A DNA stretch of 64,000 bases from positions 13,193,138 to 13,257,137 of the forward strand of contig NC_083440.1 of the NCBI RefSeq assembly GCF_020745735.1, written 5' to 3'. This DNA comes from Hemiscyllium ocellatum (taxonomy: Eukaryota). Position 1 is the stretch's first letter, and every line of letters begins with the position of its first letter. This document shows, piece by piece, positions 1-13,404 of this stretch. The notes beneath the pieces are model-generated. The model ran no database searches and was not told the DNA's origin. It saw only the letters and a program-made list of their open reading frames with translations. The position numbers were made by a program, and so were the translations under genes.

Positions 1-129
1 AGAAAGACGGAGGGAGAACACAGAAAGAGATGGAGATGGAGACAGAAAAAGAAAGGATTAAAATCGCAGATACACAGAATGAGAGAGAAAGACACAGAAA
101 AGAAAGGGAACTTTAAACCTGCAGATCAT

Positions 130-510
130 TGACGTTCCAAAGGGGTCAGTGTCGAGTCCAGTTTTCATAATTTCCGAATTACACTATGATTGGTGGTATA
201 ATGACAGTGAAGAAAGTTATCGAAGATTACAAACAGACCTTGATGATTTAGGTCAATGGGCTGGGTAGTGGCAAGTAGAGATTAATCTGGATAAATGTCA
301 AGTGTTACATTCTGGGAAAAAACAAGACTTATAGAGCGAAACGTAGGTCCTTGTTTGATATCATTAAAAGACAATTAGATAAGTAAATGAATAAGAAATG
401 CTTGGAAGGATATCGACCATGTGCAGGCGGGTGGGACGATTTTAGTTTGGATTATACTTAACAATGACTGATTGAACTGAAGGGTCTGTTTCCGTGCCAA
501 ATCACTCTGT
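130..510 (+). mobile_element. CR1-type LINE remnant (paralogs ~27598-28025, ~49640-50070)
   Basis: Decayed VPQGSV / DDTKIGG / LQxDLD-like coding and a CR1-type 3' end (gaagggtctgtttccgtgc). Confidence 0.6.
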
Positions 511-750
511 AACACAAAGATAGAGAGAATTGGAGCGACAAAGAGAGACAGGGGGAGAAATCCAAATACACGGAGTCAGGTGGAGAGAAAAATAGATTCG
601 CAAGAGAAAAGGGAGTGAGACAAAGAGACAGATAGAAAAATGAGGTACTTGTGCTCAGACAGAAACAGAAGGGAAGAGAGACTTAAGAAAATGAAGCACA
701 GACAGACACTATGAGAAAAATAAAAAGAGGGGGATAATGTTCACCATTTA

Positions 751-1330
751 CAAAACCATTGTATTTTCCTCCAGACGTCCGTTGCAAAGGCACATCCGAG
801 CAGGGGACGTGTGACAGTCTGCTCACCCCACTCCATGCACTGTCTTAAGGCAGCATGTGGAGGCACGGACAGACCAGGTGCAGGTGAAGGGTTTCTCAGA
901 TAGTGCCTTTATCACCACCAGTGAAGTGATACCTTGATGCATATTGCAAAGGGCCATTTTACCAGAATTCTGCCAAAGGACTTTGATATTCTGTTCAGGG
1001 AACCATGTGACAGGTTCCTCCCTCTCCTTTCCCTGCAGTGTGTCAGGGACATTGCATGCTGCCGAATTCCAGATGGACTGGTGGTCAAAGGTATTTCTCT
1101 TTGCAAGTGTTCCCATGAAGGACACGTGATAACAAATGGTCCAACTACCATTCTGTGGCAACGAGGTCAGTACCATCCTTCACAAAACTGGGGACAGGTA
1201 GATCCTCAGTACATAGTGACACTTTTTGTTTTCACGGCTTGATGCAGCTGCAAAAAATGCAGCCATCAAGGTGAGGGCAATGTTGAGTACATCCTTCCCC
1301 TCACTTATACAAATGTTTGTTGTTTTGTTT
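751..1330 (-). mobile_element. Tx1/L1-clade ORF2 C-terminal remnant
   Basis: Frameshifted peptides LWQN...MHQ..SLVV.KAL...CCL and, in paralogs, LLGC.FA..VW, resembling the Cys-rich C-terminus of Tx1-type ORF2. Confidence 0.65.
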
Positions 1331-2029
1331 TTGACATGGAGTCTCCGTGGACGCTATCCATCTTCAATCTCTAGATGAAGTGGAAAATGGCTCGGGTGAC
1401 TGAAACAGTGCAGTTCTGGGCAATGGGCCAAACCTGCATCACAGACAACAACAACAGAGATAATTCCTCAAACCTGATGACCAGGGTTTTACTCGAAATG
1501 GAGAAGAAGCGATGTTCCCTGTTTCTGCCTCACCTTGGCAAAGTGCTCATTCCAGATTTTTGTGTGCACTCCAGCCCCTCTGAGTCATATGCCCAGCACC
1601 TTCAGGTAATCTGTCCTGACCGTGAAGGGGATAAAGAATCGGTCAGTCTAGTTCCTAGAGAACATGGCCTCACTCTTGCACTGGATTCCCTGGGTTGCTG
1701 AGTCAAGCTTGAACTGGTCACTGATGCACGAGTCTTGTTAACAACAGTGGATCTGAGTAGAAATCGGCGATGCCATAACCGTATGGAGAGGCTTTGAACT
1801 GCAGGCGTCCGCTGCCTGAAACAGATCCCCCTTTCAGGCTCGCATCCTTCCTGATGTACTCTACACATGCTTGAAACAACAGACAAACATTGCAAGTGAG
1901 AATGGGCAGCCCCCCCTGACTCATTGACCCATTGATTGAGACTGTGCTCATGATGTTGATGCAGAGCAGTCAGGTCCAGTCATGTATCACTCCCCAAAGG
2001 CCATTTTGCAAAGCACATCACACATACAT

Positions 2030-2420
2030 CGACATATCTGAGCAGTTCCCTGAACATTGAGAGTCAGCACAAATATTCACTGTGAAAGATAAACTGAGCA
2101 CTGACACCAATTATAAAGAAACGTCTTGACACTCTCCAAAGACAAGGTGATACGCTTGTTTGTATCAATATTCACAATCATCCAGCCCCTCAACCACCAA
2201 AACTCAATATCAGCATTGTGTACTAGCTACAAGACGCACTGCAGAAATTCACCACAGATCCTAAGACAGGACCTTCCAACACATGATCATTTCCATCCAC
2301 ACAAGGACAGAGACTCATGACAACATTATACTCTACGTGTTCCCCACCAAGTCACTCACCATTTCGAGTTCGAAGTATATTGCTGTTCTTTCACTATCAC
2401 TCTGTCAGACTCCTTGAATT
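2030..2420 (+). mobile_element. CR1/L2-group LINE 3' remnant (related pieces ~26410-26670, 45480-45870, 52200-52580)
   Basis: Recurring peptide CTSYK.HCRNSP.ILRQ.LP in several copies. Confidence 0.55.
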
Positions 2421-3449
2421 ACCTCCCTTCGGTCACGTGGGTCAGCCTACCATCTGTTGACAGGAAGCAGGGCTGTTCCACCTCCAAGGCAGGCTACCAA
2501 TGCTAGCACAGCCCCAATGACTACGTCGTTGCACAAAGCAAGGAACTTGACACAGTAATTTGTGCTCATGTAACTGAATAAAAACAGTTGTGCATTTTGC
2601 CCCCTCTCCTGCAGCATCCGGCAGACACAATCTGCCAATATACAAATGACTGTTTTCTTTTATGCCGGTTCTGAGTTGCAATAACTTCTCATTCATAGCA
2701 AATGAATGCATTCATTTAAAACTGAAATAACTTAACAGAGAACGGTATCCCTTTACCATGTTATCTGTTATTTACTTGAACACAGTCCGTGGGCTTCAAC
2801 CAACCAGCTCAAAGCCTGTGATGACAGTGAGAAGACCCTCTTGTTTTCTTTATTTCCCTTTCTCTTTTATTGATCCCCGAAATGACCACTGCACAGCAGT
2901 ATCACTTATATTTCTCCCACATCACCCGTGTCTCTGTGGCTGTGTAAGTATGTATAGACCCAGAAAAAAACACTTCATTGCAAAAGAAATCTATGCAATA
3001 ATTCTACCAGCAGGAGAAACACCTTTGTAGCCAGATAGTCATTAACAAGCAAAGCCCAAAAGGGGTAATGTGTGCGTGAGAAAATAAAGTGAATGGGAAG
3101 GGAAGGGGAAGGAAGAAATGAAAATGAATTTGGAGGGGGAAATAAAACATTCTATTCCCTATTGTTACAAACTCTCCCAAAGGCATCAAGAGTATTCGTG
3201 GACACAACATGCTCCCTCTCCAAGGACACTCGGCCTCGAACTTCACTGCACAGGATGGACAGGCACTCAGCAGAGAGCATCTTCTGGTAATTCTATGGTG
3301 GGCACAGGTTTACAATCCCTGTCAAGGATCTGATAGTCAGTGTGATCAAACCTGGTCCTCGTTCCAATTTTGAATTTACTCCCCCACCAAGTCCGGGAAT
3401 GTGCACCTGCTCTTTCTCTTGTACCTTTTACTTCAACTTTCTGAACTGA

Positions 3450-5190
3450 ATTGCGTTCAGTTGAATTTATTGTCACATGTGACAAGGCACAGTGAAATGC
3501 TTTGTCTTGCGAGCAATAGGCAGATCACATAGTTAAGTAGGATAGTTTATTAAATAATGAGTTAACAGCGGCAAAAACAAAAACTTAGATATTCGAATGT
3601 TAAGAGTTTGTGAGTGCATTCAGTATTTCAACAACATAGAATAGAAACTCTTACAAACCAGCTGGTGCGTGTGTTCAGGTTTGTGTACTTTCTCCCAGAT
3701 GGTGGAGGTTGTGGAAAAGTATTGCAAAGTGGGCCGGATCTATGAGAGTGCTGGCAGCCTTTATTTGACTGCGGGCCTATTAATGGAACCTTTAGATGGA
3801 AGGTTGACCTGTGTGATTTTCCGGGCAGCGTTGATCACTCTCTACAACCGTTTCTGATCTTAAATGGTATAATTGCCATCTCACGTAGTGATACATCCAG
3901 ACAGAATGCTCTCTAAAGCGCACCCATAAAAGTTGGTAAGGCTATTCACTGTCATGCCAAAATTCCTCAGATGCCTGAGGAAGCAGAGATGTTGTTGAGC
4001 CTTTGTAACTCGTGCGTCACATAGGGTCCAAGAAGGCTTGTTGTTGATGACCACTCCCAGGAGCTTAACACTCTGCACTTGTTCCAACTCAGTGCTGTTA
4101 ATTTGTAATGGTGTGTGAATAACGCAGCGCCAACAGTCAATAATGGGTTCTTTTGATTTGCCGGTGTTAAGAGCTTAGTTGTTCTCACTGCATCATTTTT
4201 CCAAGTCTTCTTCCTCCCGTCTGCAGTCTGTTTCGACAACAACTGAGATTCGATTGACTATGGTGATGTCATCAACAAACTCGTAAATGGCATTAGTCTG
4301 GTATTGGGCGACTCAGTCATGGGTATACAATGAGTGCAGTAGGGCGCTGAGTACGTACCTCTGGGGGGATCCAGTCTTGAGTATTTCTGTGGGTGAAATA
4401 TTGTCCCCAGTCTTCATTGATTGTAGCCTGTGGGTCAGGAAACTGAGGATCCTGTTTCAGTGATTGGCGCTTAGTCCAAGATCACTACTTTTAGTAATCA
4501 TGGGATAATCGTGTCGTCAATGAATAGGATTCTTACGGAGCTGTTCTTGGTGTCAAGATGTTCTAAGGAGGATTGAACGGCAAGTTATATGGCAACTGAC
4601 GTGGAACATTTGGTCTGACATGCAAATCGGATTGGATCAAGAATAGTGGGGAGGCTGGAGCTGATTAATGCCATTACAGCTTTTCCAAGCACTTCATGAC
4701 CACCGAAGTTAGGACCACTGGGCGTTAGTTATTGAGACATGCTGCATCAGCCCTCTTCGGCACAGGAATGAGGCCGGTCCTCTTGAAACAGACAAGGACA
4801 GTGATCTCTTTTAGGGAAAGTTTGAAGATGTCCGAGAATACTTCTTCCAATTTATCTGCGCATACTCTGAATGCACGGCCTGGTATTCCATCTGGTCGCA
4901 TTACTTTCCTTGGATTCACATGAGGGAAAACTGATCTGACCTCTCATGCCGTGACTGTTGTTCAGGCATTGTTGGAATAGATGTTACCTCTTTTCCAAAA
5001 GTCTGCTCAAATCGAGCCTGGAAGCCGTTGACACGATCTGGGAGGGATTTGCCAGCGTCTGTCATCTCGCACGGTCTCTTTCTAGAACATGTGATGTCAT
5101 TCAGTTCTTGCCAAATTCTCTGTTTGTCTGGCTGGGCCTGAAGTTTGAATTGGAAGTGGTCCTTTTTCATCCCAGGTCTGTTTCTTCCCA
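3450..5190 (-). mobile_element. Rex1/Babar-type LINE, decayed RT
   Basis: NPRK..PDGIPGRAFRVCADKL..VFSDIF..SL...IPVPK and KAQQHLCFLRHLRNFGM..LTNFY..ESILSGCIT. Confidence 0.8.
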
Positions 5191-6910
5191 CTATGACTCA
5201 GACACAGGCGAAATGCATTGGAACGTAACCAGTCTCTTGCCACCAGAGTGTCACGTTAGAATTTACTCCTCTTCTTCAGGCAGGAATGCTATCGAAGTTG
5301 CATCCATCTCAGATTCACAGGTTCATTCAACGCTAGACAGCGGGGGAAACCCATGGTTTCTGAGAGCGTTACTGGCCGTTTTAAAGGGAACAGGTACGTT
5401 TTGCTACGACAAGGGAGCAAACATGATCTGCATGCTTATTCATGACCACCTCACTGAGCCACATTCTGCAAGTCAGGGGACCTGACCTCGCATTGACCTC
5501 GCATCGATCTCACCTTGTATCCATACAGGGCCATTCGGTTCGAAAGCAATCTACACCCCCTTAAGTAAACTGCCTCTTTCACTTAGAGGAAGCACGTGTC
5601 TGGTCTTCGTGCTCCTTATGTTATTTCAGCCCCACCCCTGGTCTGGAAATATCAAGGTTAAAAGCCTGGTGCAGATTATTCTCTCCTCAGAAACTCAGCT
5701 GGAGCTATCTCTGCTGTTGTGGGAGAGGTCGTCCAATAATCGGAGAGGACCTGGGACACTTTGGGATCCAGTGAAGTTGTTGGGCTCTTTCTTTAGGCCT
5801 GCCATTAATGTTTCGACTTTTCATTCCATTCAACCATTGGATGGTAAATGGTATGAGCTTCCTGAACATTCTGGATGTCATTTAACTTCAGAAAATACTT
5901 GACATCCGTGTTGGAAAATGACATCCTATTGTGCTTGACGAATACTTCCGGTCGTCCATGTCATGCAGATAATGCTCAGAGCTTTGCAATCATCATCACA
6001 GAGTTTGACAAATAAGCTCGAACCACCTTAACAGGACATACAAATTCATCACAATTCTCATACGAGATCGCAAACGAAGTTATCCCCTTAATCTCTAAAA
6101 GTTCCCGGAGATAGATTTTCAGTCGAGTTGAGGTCTTACACAAACTAAAGAGTTCCAGTTCCGATGGAATTTCGGTAGACATTGGTTCTGCGGTCACTGA
6201 TGCAATTGTGCAGATATGTACCTCCATTAGAAACAGGTGACCATTTAACCAGATGTTTATTTCGATTGCTTCTGATTTGGATGCTGCTAAGCAATTCAAC
6301 TTCCAAGGCAGCTCTAGATAGGTTTTCCAGGCTGTGCAGTCTCTTGGATCTCGGCCTACGACTTCTCTTACTCATTCAAGGAGAGTTGGACTCTTTCATT
6401 GTCACATTTACACGTTCCAGCAGCAACTAGAATAGATTGCTGGCTCAGATAATGCTGGAAATGTGTTTATGGTTTGGCCAAGTTTTGGCTTTGTTTTGGG
6501 GTTTTGGTGTGAGCTGACCTGGTGTCCATCTGTTCACGACATGTCCTGAGGAGATGCAATTGCGTTCACTCAAGGGTTATTCCCAAAGCCCAGTTGGTCA
6601 GGGAAGACTGTCCACTGATATGTTCCACTTACCACATTTGAAATGCATGGTTGAGGTCCAGTCGTATTTCAGCGAGTAGATGCTTTTGCATGAATACATC
6701 ACGAATCTCAATCCCATCGTCAATGAAATACTTCCACCGTCGTCAGTATCCCGTAATTAAGTCACTTTTACTTTAGCGTGTAAAGTATTTGACACTGGTT
6801 CAATTTCCTCAGAACCAGCTCTCAGAGTGAACAGATTCCCTGACACTTTTAATTGTATCTGTCGATCAGAGATTGGATCAGGTTAACAACACCAATCAGC
6901 GAACTCAATC
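5190..6910 (-). mobile_element. Decayed Gypsy LTR retrotransposon (LTR ~6723-6910, degenerate PBS, gag/protease and integrase-end remnants)
   Basis: ORF 5976-6299 resembles a Gypsy protease region (INIWLNGH..MEV...TRLKIY..LEIKG). The LTR ends ...tttca followed by a tgacgatgg PBS-like motif. Confidence 0.7.
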
Positions 6911-7792
6911 AATACACTACCCACATTCTAGTTGGCATTCAAACTCATCAGCAGTCGGCACCCTACATACCAGGAACATTGGCACCCGAACCACATTACA
7001 TTCGATTAAAATGATGCACGCCATCATTCCCCACCGAGCAGCTTACTATTACAGTATTGTTAAATCACACTGACTTTATGCATTAGAAGACAGTTGTAGC
7101 CAGGAACGATCTGTCAAAGTGGAAGTACATTTTCCACATTCCTTAGTGTAATCCTGAATGGAATCTCCACTCAGAAATGCATTACTTCGTTCTTTCATCA
7201 GAAAGGAAATGGCTGGAGTTGTAATGCGTGTGGGATTCCCATTGACTCGTAGACCTGTCATGGTATTTTTTCTTTAATTTAAAAGGCGATTAGGAAGGAA
7301 AACTTTGAATCTCAGTATGATACAGATCGTTTTACTGAAAACTGGAGCGTTTTATTCTGTCTCTAGAAAATATTTCAAAATTAATCTTTTTAATGTAACT
7401 TTGTATTTTTTTCTAAAAATGTGCACGATGTTGTACGAGGTACCTTTGTACCTAAGATCCCTCAGAAATGGTGGAAGTTTACACTTTTCACTGTACTCAT
7501 GCACTTCTGCACTTGAGTACGCATGACAATCAAATCAAATTAAAATTCTCAAGAACGTATTGGTGTTTCATTTTTAAAAACACATTCTATTCTGCAATAA
7601 TTCTCAGAGGGAAATGGTTAATTTCCTGCTTATTAGACGACTGCAACTAATGCAATTAGTGATTCAAAAAGATTTAATGTCTCACTGGACATTTAGATGC
7701 CAAATAAAATGAGGTTGTGAAAACAATATTACTATATTTCTGTGGACAGAATTATTGGCTCCACGGATATTGACAGACCTGAATTGGACAGA

Positions 7793-7862
7793 ATGGAATA
7801 CTCAGCAATCTTACAGACAGCCCGTATATACTACCTGATACTTGCAGCTGTTGGCGTTATTG
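7793..7862 (+). CDS. GPR139-like GPCR copy A, coding exon 1 (MEYSAILQTARIYYLILAAVGVI, phase 1)
   Basis: ATG at 7793 and donor G|gtaagt at 7862/7863. It joins in frame (G+TT=Val) to the acceptor at 24488, completing TM1 (GVIVNL). Conserved in all three units. Confidence 0.85.
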
Positions 7863-9262
7863 GTAAGTCCTTAAATCCAGTTATGTTTCTGTAAACAAAA
7901 AGAGAAGGTGCTGGAACTGATCAGCAAGTCTGCCAGCATCTGGGAAGAGAAGTCAGAAATAATATTTCAGGTATGTAACCCTTTGAAAAAACTTCTCCAG
8001 AAACTTGTATTTTGATTCTGATTTACAGTATCCTGAGTTCTTGTGGTTTTTATGTTTGTGTAAAACCTACTTACCTCTCTCAATCTTTATTCAAATTTGA
8101 CAAACTTTCCCTGTCTTTGGCTTTTTCCCATCTTTGCGTTCGTACTGATTTCACGAGTAGTTCATTTTTATTGTTTTTCCTTCCGTCTGATGAAGCAGGG
8201 TTTTTTTTTAAAAATGTTTTACGCTGTATTTAGTATGCAGAGCATTTATTCCCCATCCCAAGCTACACTTCAGAAGGCGGTTGTGAGCTTCCTTCTAAAG
8301 CCTCTGCAGACCATTTGGTGTTATATCATCCAAATTGAGTCATGGAGCACGGAAACAGACACTTCGGTCCAACTCTTCCATGCTTACCAATTTTCTGAAC
8401 TGAACTTGTCCCATTTTCCTGCATTTGAGCCATATCCTCCTCAACCATTTCCTCTCCATGGAGCTGTCAAAATAACTTTTAACTGATTCAACAATACTGA
8501 AGAAATGGTGGTGTGTTCCCAAGCGAGGATATTTAGTGTCTTCAAGCAGTTTTGCAAGTGGTGTCATTCCCATGCTTCCAGACAGTAGCGGCTGTGAGGT
8601 TGAAAGAGAACTGTCTTGTGAACCTTGGTGAGTTGCTGCGATGTTTATTGTTGTTGGTACACCCTTCTGTTATGAGCAACAGTGTTGGAGGGGGACAGAC
8701 TGGACGTTTGTGGATATGTTGGCAATCAAGTCGGCTGATATGTCATGGAATAAAGGAAAACTACAACAGATGCTGGTTATTTATAATAACCAAAGTAAAT
8801 GTTGTATATACCTGCCAGATCTCTCAGTTTCAATGCATAGAGATATATAAAAAAAAGTTAAGCTTGCAATTCTGGTATGAATCTCCTTCAGAATTTTCCC
8901 TGCTCCTGGATTGTGTAGAGCTTCTTTAGTGTTGTTGGAGTTGTACCCATCGAGGCAAGTGTAGACTATTCCCTCACACTACTGACGTGTGACTTGTTGG
9001 CGGTGGTCAGGCTTCATGGAGTAAGGAAATGTCTGTTTCACAGCAGGATTCCTAGCCTCTGACTTGCTCTTGCCGTAACAATACTTACATGGCTAAGCCA
9101 GAGTTAGTTTGGGTCATGGTTAATCTTCAGGATGTGGATAGTGGTGGATTTTATGATGCCAATGTTAAAGAATATCAAAGATCTTTGGTTAAAATCTCAT
9201 TTGTTGAAGACAGTAATTGCTTGACACTCGTGACCATCAAATATTGTTTCCGACTTGTCCAT

Positions 9263-9483
9263 GTAAAAAGTGAAGTCTGCAGATGCTGAAGATCAGAGCT
9301 GAAAACGTGTTGCTGGTTAAAGCGCAGCAGGGCAGGCAGCATCCAAGGAACAGGAAATTCGACTTTTCGTGCAAAAGCCCTTCATCAGCCCTGATGAAGG
9401 GCTTTTGCCTGAAACGTCGAATTTCCTGTTCCTTGGATGCTGCCTGACCTGCTGTGCCTTAACCAGCAACACATTTTCAGCTA
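9263..9483. mobile_element. Palindromic Penelope-derived mini-element with 12-bp TSD
   Basis: Inverted repeat centred at ~9389. TSD cgacttgtccat at 9251-9262 and 9484-9495. Empty site at ~31569. Confidence 0.8.
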
Positions 9484-9626
9484 CGACTTGTCCATAACAT
9501 CATAAGAACATTAGCAATAGCAACAAAATGGGGCTATACGGCACGGCAAATCTGCTCCACTATTCGGTCGTGGGTGATATAATTCCTAACCCTATTCAGC
9601 TGCTTTCTTCATGCATCCTTTGATTT

Positions 9627-10397
9627 AAAGTTTGTGAGAAGATTTGTAGCTCGGGTGCTCGTTGTTGTGGTTCTGTTCCCCGAGCTGGGAGTTTTTCTTG
9701 CAAACGTTTCGCCCCCTTTCTAAGTGACATCTTCAGTGCTTGGGAGCCTCATGTGAAGCGCTTGTAGGCTGATTCCTCCGGCATTTATACTGCTTTGAAT
9801 CTGCCGCTTCCGGTTGTCGGTAGCTGTCCACTGCATTGGCCGGTATATAGGGTCTAGTTCGATGTGTCTGTTAATCGAATTCGTGGATGAGTGCCATGCT
9901 TCTAGGAATTCCCTGGCTGTTCTCTGTTTGTCTTGTCCTATAATAGTGGTGTTTTCCCAATCGAATTCATGTTGATTTTAGATTCCAATTCATTTTAGAT
10001 AGCTAACAACCCGCATCCATGAATACCAACTGGCCACGAAACGACACGACCAAGCTATCCCTAGTAGCCATACACTCAGATGACAAACAACATGAATTCG
10101 ATTGGGACAACACCACTATTATAGGACAGGCCAAACATAGAGCAGCCAGGGAATTACTAGAAGCATGGCACTCATCCACGAATTCGATTAACAGACACAT
10201 CGACCTAGACCCTATATACTGGCCACTGCAGTGGACAGCTACTGACAACCGGAAGCGGCAGATTCAAACCAGTAAAAAAAGCCGGAGGAATCAGCACAGA
10301 ATCGCTTCACAGGACGCTCCCAAGCACTGAAGATGTCATCTAGAAAGGGGACGAAACGTTTGCAAGAACAACTCCCAGCTCAGCGAACAAAACCACA
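9627..10397 (+). mobile_element. Penelope-like element 3' fragment with inverted pseudo-LTR and 14-bp TSD
   Basis: ORF 10019-10330 resembles a GIY-YIG endonuclease C-terminus (H...HEFDWDNTTII..RELLEAWHS..SINR). Inverted copy at ~9660-9975. TSD gcatc(c/a)tttgattt at 9613-9626 and 10398-10411. Empty site at ~31698. Confidence 0.85.
10324..10363 (+). ncRNA. Minimal type I hammerhead ribozyme motif in the Penelope pLTR (inverted twin ~9701-9740)
   Basis: gca-CUGAAGA-t-gtc...gac-GAAA-cg-UU-tgc. Confidence 0.55.
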
Positions 10398-11604
10398 GCA
10401 TCATTTGATTTCCTCATTCATCAACAAACTATGTATTTCTCCACAGCCTTCCAGTGGCAATGACTTCCACAGATTTACCATATTCTCGCTGAACAAATTA
10501 AACCTCATCTCAGTTCTTAAGGCTTGTCCTTTCACCCTGAGCCTGTCCCCTTGGATCCAGCTCTGTCCGATTGTGGAAACGCCTTCTCCATGTCCACTCA
10601 ATCCAGGTCTGTTAGCGGAATGTGCGTTTGAGTCAGATTCCCCGTTATATTTATAAACCCCACTGCATACAGGTCAAGAGTCCTCAAACATTCCTCATAT
10701 GCCAAACTCCTCATCTACAAAATTATTCCTGTGAATCTCCTCTGAGCCCCCTCCAAGTTCAACACATCCTTCCGTCGACAGGGTGCCCCAAACTGCGGAC
10801 AATATCTTATGCAAGGTGTTAAATGTCCAGTAATGAGTGCCTTAAACTAATCAGTACATGGAACTTTCACTTTTATTCCGTATGTGAGTTGGTTACATGA
10901 TCCAGTTAGTTCACGATGTTTTTGTCCTTTTCTGATAATTGCAATCATTTTCCAGCATTTTTTAATATTGGAAGGTATATTTTCTTCCTGGTCCTATGTC
11001 CATTTTTTTGTTGTTTGATTGTTTATCAAAGGGCAATGATTTGCGCAAATGCAACATAGTGATGCATATTACAAAACACAGCAATGTGAAGTGACTTCAA
11101 TTCCGAACCATCAGATTAGCAGCACCGTGTTTTGCCCATGTAATGACTGCAGCTACTGGTTCTGACTGCTGTGAACTTGCATAAACCGAGCTCCTGATGA
11201 AGGGATCTTAATCAAAACGTTGATTCTCTTGCTCCTCAGGTGCTACCTGACATGCTGCGCTTTTCCACCACCACACTCTCGACTCTGATCTCCAGCATCT
11301 GCAGCCCTCACTTTCTCCTTGTTAAATAATTACACAGCATGTTGGCTGGGACGAGTTAAATTGCCCATCTACAAACTTTATTGAAATTTATTGAAACTGA
11401 GTTAAATGTATTCCTGTTTTACTTCTCGGAGAGAGAGACAAAGTTCATTTACGCAATTTAACATGATCATTTTATCAAATATATGTTCTCCTATCATAGT
11501 AGACCAATAGGGTTTTTATTCCATGAGAATGAACTTTGCTTATCGTCAGGTCTGCCATTCCAGTACATTCACACTCCTGAAGTTTGATTCGAAAGGACAA
11601 TCCA

Positions 11605-11937
11605 CAGAATCATAGAATGCCAATGGTGTGGAAGCAGCCCATTCGGCCCATTTAGTCTACACCAATCCTCCTCAGAATGTCTATCACAGAATCCAACCCC
11701 TGCCAAACATATTCCAATACTTTTGCATTTCACATGGCTAAGCCACCTGCACATTCTCAGATATGATGGGATGACCATACTATGGCCATACAACTGATCC
11801 TGTACTACTTTGGTCAGAAGAAGGAAACCGGAGCACCTGGAGGGCAGAATATTCAACCTCCACACAGCCGGAAGGTGGGATGAATCCGGGTGCATGGAGC
11901 TGTAAGGCAGCAATGTTAACCACTGAGCCACCATGCA
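11605..11937 (-). mobile_element. tRNA-derived SINE (HE1-like); paralogs ~32905-33240 and ~58365-58700
   Basis: Head tggtggctcagtggttaac (A box), a B-box-like ggattcatccc, and a CR1-derived tail. Confidence 0.75.
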
Positions 11938-12409
11938 ACTCCCAAGCAGTCTACGACAGTTTCTTTCTACTCCGGACATCATAGATTCCATTTCAGATTG
12001 TGGTCCTCTCCGATTTCTTCTTGTAGTTATGCGCTCTGCTGTTCTTAGCCTTTTAACGGTTCCAATATTGAAAATGGTGTTTCGTTTCTTTTGAAGCTCT
12101 TCGTCTCATAAGTTGATCTTTTCCAAAAGTTGAATTTTCCTCACACTTCCAAGATCCATATAAATTCCACTATGATATAAGGGCACAGGAAACAGAAGCA
12201 GAAATAGCCTGATGGCTGTTCGATAAGGTCATGGTTCATCTCCTCAAGTCACAACAACTCTTCAATTCCAGTTCCACAAAGCCCTCAACTCCGTGATATT
12301 TCAAAAATTTGTCGAACTCTGCTTAGAATACATTCACTGATCTAGCTTCCAAACTTTTCTGGGCAGAGAACTCCTGACATTCACTATCCTCTGAGAAAAG
12401 AACATCATT

Positions 12410-13330
12410 TGATGCATTGCTTGGAAGCTTGCAATTGGCACCAGCATTGGTCGTACAGCAGACTGTCAGCGTTATCTAAGATTGGAAAGGGATTGTGATG
12501 AACTGGGTCACTTGGCCGAGGAGTGACGGATGGAACCTAGTTTAGATTAATACCAGGTGTTGCATTTTTGTAAGATGAACAATTGTAGGGCTTTTGTAGT
12601 TCATAGAAGGACACTGGGTAGTGCTGTCAAACTGAGAGATCTCAAGGTTCAGTTACATATTTGTTTTCATGGTATGTCGCAGGTACGCAAGCTGGTAAAA
12701 AGGGCGTTTGAAATGTTTCATAGTTCATATCACGGTGTACAGGTATTTGGATGTCATATTGTTTTGTACAGGACGTTGGTGAGTCCATTTTTGTAATACT
12801 GTGTACAGTCCTGGTCATCTGCGATCCAAGGAATAGTATTACTTTGGTTTTCGTTGAAAATTATCAGCATGTTGTAGGTATGGAGAGTTTGAGTTATAAG
12901 GAGGGCTGAATAGTCTGGGGATATCTTTTTCTCCAGCGCAAGAGACTGAGGGGTAATATTATAGGGGTTATGAAATCCTAAGTACAAAGGGTAAGGCGAA
13001 TAATAAAGCTATTTTCTCTCAGGTGTTGTGGGGGCAGTCGATACTGGAGACCATAATTTTCAAGAGAAAGGAGAAAGATTTAAAAGAGAACAAAGGGGCC
13101 GGTTTATCATATAGAGTTTGGTTCATATGAGGAATAAACAACCAGAGAAAGTGGTGAATGCAGGAAGAGTTACAACATTTAAAAGATATTTACGCGGGTA
13201 TACAGACAGGAAAGGTTCAGAGGGAAACTGGTAATTCGCTGGAAAATAGGACTCCTTTTATTTGGGAAACCCAGTTGGTATGGCCAATTTGTACTGAAAT
13301 TTCTGTTACTCTTTGTTATGACTGTATGAT
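12410..13330 (+). mobile_element. CR1-type LINE 3' remnant (paralogs ~33715-34630, ~59170-60060)
   Basis: Decayed CR1 RT C-terminal motifs (VLHF, RDLKVQ, YRTLV.P.L.YCVQ, LSYEDRL). Confidence 0.65.
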
Positions 13331-13404
13331 TGAAAAGCAACGTAAAAAATAAGATGCTTGACATCAGGAAACAGTTTAAAGAACGCCAATAATTAGATCA
13401 TGGA

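Larger units (their letters stand above)
9500..10820 (-). mobile_element. CR1-type LINE 3' remnant interrupted by a Penelope insertion (paralogs ~31580-32115, ~57030-57565)
   Basis: GDRLRVKG...EMR.N.FS...VNLWKSLP is typical of the CR1 ORF2 end. Confidence 0.65.

Noticed and set aside
751-1330. Tx1 remnant as the autonomous partner of the array element
   Set aside because: It is frameshifted, lacks a visible 3' UTR, and I saw no shared sequence with the array element.
1375-1950. Possible additional retroelement coding remnant
   Set aside because: It is duplicated at ~51340-52150, but I could not assign any motif with confidence.
11880-11937. tRNA gene
   Set aside because: The A/B boxes belong to a SINE head. 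There is no cloverleaf, and the sequence continues into SINE body and tail.
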